A model generated the notes under the pieces. It was given only the letters and a program-made list of their open reading frames with translations, had not been told where the DNA came from and did not search any database. This document shows positions 56,397 to 64,000 of a stretch of DNA of 64,000 nt, in pieces; position 1 is the stretch's first letter, and each line of letters begins with the position of its first letter. Source of the DNA: Piromyces finnis finn (Eukaryota > Fungi > Neocallimastigomycota); contig MCFH01000008.1 of the NCBI GenBank assembly GCA_002104945.1, forward strand, positions 558,001 through 622,000, read 5' to 3'. The position numbers were made by a program, and so were the translations under genes.

Positions 56397-57161
56397 CTAG
56401 TAAAGACGGATTGGCTTACCCATAGTACTCTTAATGAAAAGAGACTTAACGTTTTGCCAGTTCTTCTTTAAGAGAGAAATTAAGAAGTTGATGGCTAACA
56501 TAGTGTTGGCAAGAATTTCATCATCAGTCATGTTAACGTGACCAACAGCAACACCAAGACAGAGAACCTTCTTAAGTTGGAACTTAATGGTGGCCTTGAT
56601 TTCATCACACTTAGTGTTAAGGTCAACACCGTGAGCAACTGGAGTTGGGAACTTACCAGCCTTGTTAAGACCTGGACCTAATAAACGTGGAATTTGCTTG
56701 ATAAGAGCTTCAGAGGCAATGAAGGCATCGTATCTCTTAGCGAGCTTCTTAACGAGCTTCTTGTTCTTGTTAAGCTTCTTTAAGTCTTCAACAGACATGC
56801 ATGGAAGACCGATTTCCTTAGCTTGGTCAATGTGGTAAGCATCACCAAGAAGACAGATCTTAAGGTTTGGTCTTGGGACATTTGGAAGCTTAATAGTACC
56901 AGAGAAACGCTTATCACGTTGTGGATCGTAGTTCTTAAGACCAATTTGAAGTTCGATGGATTCAACGAACTTACGTGGCTTTTCTTCCTTAGAGTACTTT
57001 AAGATTTCAGCAATAGCTTCTCTAACGGCAGACACTTGAACTTTCTATAATTTTATAATAATTGTATATTATTATTTATTATTATATTTTACTTCCAAAT
57101 CTTTTTATTAATAAATAAAATAATTTTAATGCCATTTTCATTCATTAATACTTACAGACAT
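56397..57161 (-). CDS. RPL1: 60S ribosomal protein uL1 (RPL1/RPL10A), 2 exons
   Basis: Exon 1 ATG TCT (57161-57156), then GTAAGT; exon 2 from 57044: [11 protein letters not shown]...[29 protein letters not shown]...[11 protein letters not shown]. Strongly biased codon usage. Confidence 0.98.
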
Positions 57162-57248
57162 TTTTATATAGTTTATGCAAGAAGGAACTTAATTAATAGT
57201 GTGAAAGTTGTTTTTATTAAGGAAAATTTTTTTTAAAAAATTATTATT

Positions 57249-57280
57249 TGATTGGATATAAAATGCTATATGATTGGATA
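57249..57280 (-). promoter_or_regulatory. Twin CCAAT-box-like motifs upstream of RPL1
   Basis: tgattggata at 57249-57258 and 57271-57280 (TATCCAATCA on the gene strand). Confidence 0.4.
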
Positions 57281-57737
57281 AATTATTTATTATATTTAAA
57301 AAATAAAATTATTATATTATTATAATAATTAAATATATTAATTTGAATAGCATTTTTTTATTATACTTATTTTCAATTTAAAATTTAATACAAAAAAAAT
57401 GAAATTGTAAAAGTAGGAAAAATATTTTATACATATGGTGGATTAGTTAATTTATTATTATTATTATTATTTTTTTGGTAACATAAAACTTTAATTATTA
57501 ATTAATTAAATTAATTGTATAAAGAAAAGGTTAAAGTTTATATGCTTTCTAAATCAATTATTATAATAACTAAATATATAAAAATATATAAATATTTAAA
57601 ATGTAATTTTTCGAAAATTTTTAAATTGTTTTATTTATATATTTAATAGTGCTATTAGTATTAATATATATATATTTTTATAAATTATTGCACTTCATAA
57701 ATATTTATTATTTTATTATCTAAATACTTTTTTTAAT

Positions 57738-58742
57738 ATGTCAGTAGATGATGAAAATCAATACAAAGATTTACCTGAATCAATGAAAAATGAAATACCA
57801 ATAAGTAATAAAATTGAAAATATATCCGATATTCAAGATAATAATAATAGTGAAGGGAATGAGGATGAAGAAAATATAATAATTGAAGAAAATGATAATG
57901 AGGATAATAAAAGTAAATATGAAAATGAAGAAATAGTAAATAATTCTTCAACCCCAAGAAATACAAATTCACCTGTTAGTACAAACTCTAAAGGGACCAC
58001 TCCTACAAGTAAATCATTATCTAATAAAAATCCAAAATTAGTCAATAATAAAGAAACTTTATTATTGAAAGATAAAATTAATCAGCAAAAAATAAAAGAA
58101 AAAAATAAACTTAGATATCTAACTGAAGAAGAAATTAACTTAGCTTTTAAATGGTTTACAAATGGAAAACAAATTATATCATCAAATGATATAAAAACCT
58201 GCTTTGATCAATATTTTACAAATATTTCTAAGAATGATAAAAAATATTATGTAATTGGTGGTATAAAACAATATACAAGGAATTTAGTAAATACGAAAGA
58301 GGAAAAAGCACAATCTGAAATGTTTAATTCTACACAATCGATTTCGAGTTTAAAAAAAATGCTATTAAAATATCCTTTTAAAATGAAAGATTATGATAAT
58401 GCTTTTTCGGTATTATTTTTCAATATATAAATTAATCGCATTTAAATAAATATATATTATATAACATGATAAGATATATTTAAAAAGCAATAACTAAATA
58501 TTCCTTATCTTTTTATATATAAAAAATAGATTTTATGTGGAAGTGATCAAACTGATATAATGTCTAAAGAAATATTAAATAAATATATTGATATATTCAA
58601 ACAAAATGAGGTACCTGTGAAAAATGATATAGATAAAATATTAAAATGTTTTGATAAAGATAAAGATGGAGAATTAGGCATATCAGACTTATTTAAAATG
58701 AAAAAATTAGATTTGAAAAAGATTTCAGATGATAATTTCTAA
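57738..58742 (+). CDS. Uncharacterised protein with a C-terminal EF-hand, 2 exons
   Basis: Exons 57738-58409 and 58530-58742 join in frame (NAFS|ILCGSDQ); canonical loop DKDKDGELGISD. Confidence 0.7.
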
Positions 58743-59407
58743 ATAAAAAAAATATTAATTTTAAGATTTTACTTAAGTTGTGTTAATATTAATTTTAAAT
58801 ACAAAATTATTTTATTATTTATAAATTATAATATATATATATTTTATATTATTCTTAAATTCAAATACATATTTAATTATATACAATATAAACCCACATT
58901 TTTTCAGTAAATCATTTTTTATATTAAAAAATTGTTTACTTATTTTATATATTATACATAATACGGATTATTTATTAAAATTCGTGTAACATTAAAATTG
59001 TTTTTTTTATTTTTAATTTTTAATATATTAAAAATTAAAAATTAATTAAATGCTATTTTCTGAGTTTTAAACTATTTTATATAATATGTGATTTTTAGCA
59101 TTAATTATTTAATGGTTAATATATATATAAGTAATTTATATATTGCTTATAATTATTATTTTTAAATATATATAAAAATAAAATACTAAATATTATAAAA
59201 AAACAAATATTAAAACTTATTAAATTTGTAAGAATGAAAATTTAATTTAATTTATTTAATGATAAATTTGTTATTTATAAGTGTTAAATTAAAATCAAAA
59301 TTATATTATTCATATTTTATATATTTTTATCCTTTTCCTTAACTACTAATTATTTATAAAAAGAAATAAATAATTGAGCATCTTTTATATTTAAATATAT
59401 TAAGAAA

Positions 59408-62400
59408 ATGCAAATTCGGCATATTAAAACCATTATTCCAGCAGGAAATCTTCCTGCTAAAATTACAGCAATGGCATGGTCTCCAAATAATCAAAAATTG
59501 GCAGTTGTTGGTGTAGATAGAATTATATATTTATTTGATGAAACTGGTGAAAAAAAGGATAGATTTACAACAAAACCTGCAGATCCAAAAGTTTGTATAT
59601 TAATTTTTACTTTAAAAAATGAGCAATAGTAAACATTTTCTTATTTATGAAGTATTGAAAGTGTATTAATAATTATTATGATATTTTATATTCAATCATC
59701 AATATTTTTTTCATGAATAATAGACAAATAAAAATTATCACGTTTGTGGATTGGCATTTTCACCAGATTCAACTAAATTAGCAGTTGCTCAAACTGATAA
59801 TGTCATTTTTGTATATAAACTTGGACTTGAATGGGGTGAAAAGAAAACAATTTGTAATAAATTTATACAATCATCCGAAGTAACTTGTCTAACATGGCCA
59901 CATGAACAAAATAATTCAATTGTATTTGGTTTATTCGATGGAAAAGTAATTAATAATAAATTTATTTATTAATATAAATGAATTTTTTTTAAATAAAGCA
60001 TGTAAAAAATTACAGTTAAACATAAGTAAAAATATCGTAAAATATATAATATTAATATCGATACTTTTTTAAAGGTAAGAGTAGGTAACCTTAAAGTTAA
60101 TAAATCAGCTACTTTATACCAAACAGATAGTCCTGTTATATCCACTGCAAGTAGCCCTGATGGTTATGCTATTATTACAGGCCATTTAGATGGTTCATTA
60201 AATAGATTTTTTTTTGATGATGGAATATCAGGAGCTTCACAAGTAATTGACTTTATAAATGTTTATTTAACTTAAACATAAAGTATTAAATTTTTATATA
60301 TTTTAAAAAATATTATAACAATTATATAAATGATATAAACTACAATATTGATATAAAAGGGAAAATTTGCTATATGTAGAACTCCACCAACAGCATTAGC
60401 ATGGGGTGAATCAATATGTGCAGGTGGAAATGATAGAGTTATTACATTTTTTGATTTTGATGGTAATTTTATTTTCTTTTTTTGCATAATATATTATGAA
60501 AGGTTATCTTTTAAAAATATATTCAAATATCATCATTGTTTTAATAAATATGCTATTAATGAATAATACCAATGCTATATGTATATAATAAATAACAGGA
60601 AATGTGATACAAGAATTTGATTATTCAAGAGATGAAGAAGAACAAGAATATACCATTGCGAGATTCAGTCCAAGTCATCAAACGGCTGTTGTTGGAAGTT
60701 TTAATAGATTACATATATATAATTATGATAGTGCAGAAAAAAAATGGAATGAAGCACCAATGAAAATTATTGATAATATATACACTATATCAGCAATGAC
60801 ATGGAAACCTGATGGATCAAGATTAACAATTGTTAGTATTTCTTTGATAATAAATATGGTTTAAAAAATGTTTATCAAAAGTTAATAAATATTTAATAAT
60901 AATAATTGGAAATAATATTAAACTATAATAATTGATCATAATAATAGGGTTCATTATGTGGTGCAGTTGAATTATTTGATTGTTGCTTAAAAAGAACTAG
61001 ATATAAAGGAAAATTTGAATTTACTTATGTTTCGCCTAGTCAAGTTATTGTTAAAAGATTATCAACAGGATCAAGAATTGTATTAAAATCACATTATACA
61101 TATGCAATTACTAAGGTAAATATATTCCAAGATCAATTTTTAATTGCAAATACTGCTAATACTTTGTTAATGGGTGATTTAACAACTTGTAAATTAAGTG
61201 AGGTAGATATGTAGTGAAAAACATTAATAAAAATATTAAGATACATTAAATTTTATATATTGAAGCTCACATTCTTTTTATTTAAAAATATATATTCATT
61301 AATTAAAATATAAAAGATTCCATGGAGTGGATGCGGTAATGAAAAATTTTATTTTGAAAATCCTAAAGTTTGCATGGTTTTTAATGCAGGAGAATTATCA
61401 TTGATTGAATATCCTTTTTTTAAATTAATTTTATAATAAAATTTTCAATATAATGATATTTTCCCTTAACCCAGATAACTTTTTTTATTTTATGATCTTA
61501 CATATGGTATAAACGAAATTTTAGGATCATGTAGAACTGAATATATGAATCCTCATTTACTTAGGTTAACTATAAATATATATACTAATATTATAATAAT
61601 TATAGTATTAATAGTTTTTCTGTATATATATTAATATATTTATTTTGTTATTGAATTATATCATAATAACTATAATAACAATTTTTAAAGTGTAAGAATT
61701 AATGAAAGGAATGTAGACTGCGAAATAAAGAAAATCGCATACTTAGTTGATCTTCAGACTATTTATGTTCTTGATTTAATTTCTGGAATTACTGTTGCAA
61801 CAATTAATCATGACTGTAGAATTGATTGGTTAGAGGTAATATTAAAATATAAAATTAACATTTTTATATTTAAATAACAATAAGAAAAATAATTAACAAA
61901 GAAGGATAAATATATATATATATATATATATATATTTACAATATTACATATAAAATTAGTTATCTGAAAAGGGTAACAAATTGTTATTTAGAGATAAAAG
62001 AAGACAATTATATTTATATGATATAGATAAGGAATGCTGTTCAACCTTACTTCATTTCTGTAGTTATGTTCAAGTAAATATTAACTTTAGTCATTATATA
62101 AAATATTGAAGGTTATTGAGAAAATAGAAAAAATATTTATATAATTATATAAATCGATATTATAATATTATAGTGGGTTCCAAATAGTGATGTTGTTGTA
62201 GCTCAAAGTAGAAATAATTTATGTATTTGGTATTCAATTGATTCACCAGATCGTGTTACAATGTTTCCTATTAAAGTAAATATTAACTTAAATATAATCA
62301 GACTTAATATACATTGATAAAAAAGGGAAATAATATTTAAAATATAAATTATAATAATATTTTATATTTTTAGGGTGAAATTGAAGATATTGAACGTATT

Positions 62401-64000
62401 AATGGAAAGACAGAAGTTATTGTTGATGAAGGTGTAAATACAGTTTCTTACACTTTAGATGAAGGTTTAATTGAATTTGGAACAGCAATTGACGATTATG
62501 ATTATGAAAGGTGACAATAAATTTTAAATTTTTAATTAATCTTTTTTTAAATTAATAAAATTATCGATATATTTTATTAAATAATAAAACATAATGAAAA
62601 ATAAAAAACTTTAAATAATTTAATTAATAACAATAATAAATAAAAATAGAGCAATAAGCATTTTAGAGAAATTAGAGATTACAACAGAAACTGAAGCAAT
62701 GTGGAAAACATTAGGTCAAATAACTTTAAAGAATAGAAACTTATTAATTGCAGAAAGGTAGTAGTAGTAGTATATATTATATATTATTTTTGTATATTTT
62801 TATTTATTAAAAGGAAGAAAAAAACTAATTGAATGTAATAATAATATGAATAGATGTTATGCGGCTTTAGGTGATGTTTCAAAGGTTAGATACCTAAGAA
62901 AACTTAATGAAATTGCTCAAAGTAAAAAGAATGAGGTAAATAAATTGTATTATTAATTCAATAATGTTATTTATCTTGTGAATAATTAATTATAATTGTA
63001 TTATTATTATATAATGATGATAATATTGTTAATGATAATTTTAATAGCAACATGATGGAACGGATTACTATTTAGTTAGAGCTAAATTAGCTGTATTAGA
63101 TAAGCAATTCAAACTTGCTGAAAATATTTATTTAGATCAAGTAAATAATTAACATAAAAAGATTTATATATTATTATATATTTATATTATCTATAATAAT
63201 TTATTAACTGTAATAATAATAAAAATTAAAGAATCGTGTCGAAGAAGCAATGCAAATGTATCAAGAGATGCATCAATGGGATAAATCTATTAAAGTTGCT
63301 GAAATTAAAAATCATCCAGAATTAACTACACTTAAAAAGAATTACTTTAGATGGTTAATTGATTCAGGACAAGAAGAAAAAGCTGGTGAACTCAAAGAAG
63401 AAGATTGTGATTATGTTGGTGCTGTTTCATTATATTTAAAAGGAGGTAAATTGTATAATTTAGCATTTTATTCATAATTTAATATTTATATATAATTTAA
63501 TATTTATACACATAATTTATATTTTAATAAAATCGTAATTAATACATATATTTAAAACTTTCATATTATAATATTAAGGTATGCCTGGAAGAGCATCCTA
63601 TATATTAAAACAACAAGGTTTAACGTCTAATACAGAGTTAACTGAAAGAGTTGCTGCTGCTTTATTCAATTCTGGATTATATGAAAAGGTGATATGAGTA
63701 TAAAATTATTTTTATTAATACAATCTGTTATCTAATGATTTTTTATTTGAATAATTAATTGCAATAAATAATAGGCTGGTGAATTATATGAGAAATTAGG
63801 TAATAATGAAAGAGCATTTAATGCATACAGAAAAGGAAAAGCATTTAGAGCTGCTGTTGAAATTAGTAGAACTGCTTTCCCACAAGAAGTTATTAATTTA
63901 GAAGAACAATGGGGAGACTATTTAGTTTCAATTAAACAGGTTGAAGCTGCAATTAATCATTATATTGAAGCTGGCCAATCTATCAAGGCTATGGAAGCTG
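59408..64000 (+). CDS. IFT172: Intraflagellar transport protein 172, many exons, truncated at the window end
   Basis: MQIRHIKT...[13 protein letters not shown]...[96 protein letters not shown]. Confidence 0.98.
61409..61501 (+). other. U12-type (minor spliceosome) AT-AC intron in IFT172, 93 nt
   Basis: 5' site ATATCCTTT, branch-like TTCCCTTAAC at 61461-61470, 3' end AC at 61500-61501. Removal restores ...[14 protein letters not shown] without an indel; no GT-AG placement does so. Confidence 0.9.

Noticed and set aside
58370-58529. A second possible U12 donor (ATATCCTTTT) in the EF-hand gene
   Set aside because: Using it shifts the frame into a stop, whereas the GT donor at 58410 keeps the frame.

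Overview
Very AT-rich, intron-rich eukaryotic DNA with poly-Asn/poly-Gln proteins, long A/T tracts and flagellar genes. By inference it comes from a zoosporic fungus, most likely an anaerobic gut fungus (Neocallimastigomycota). I assembled spliced models by hand for 16 host genes: MED25-like, ANAPC7, PEX22, a Kin1/MARK-like kinase, ZWILCH, Ap4A phosphorylase, a large orphan with a C4 zinc finger, an IAH1-like GDSL esterase, an F-box/PP2 protein, a four-CX9C protein, a METTL21-like methyltransferase, FIRRM/C1orf112, CFAP53, RPL1, an EF-hand protein and IFT172 (cut by the window edge). Most ORF-track entries are exon fragments or antisense/low-complexity artefacts. Three things stand out. (1) A nest of minus-strand non-LTR retroelements at about 49.3-56.0 kb: an intact single-ORF APE-RT-CCHC LINE appears inserted inside an older copy of itself, stacked on two more element tails, and carries a hairpin-dense 5' leader with a duplicated 80-nt module. 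(2) A clean AT-AC U12-type intron in IFT172. (3) Several genes that yeasts lack or that are unexpected in an anaerobe. All homology calls come from remembered family motifs, not database searches, and exon boundaries are approximate unless stated.
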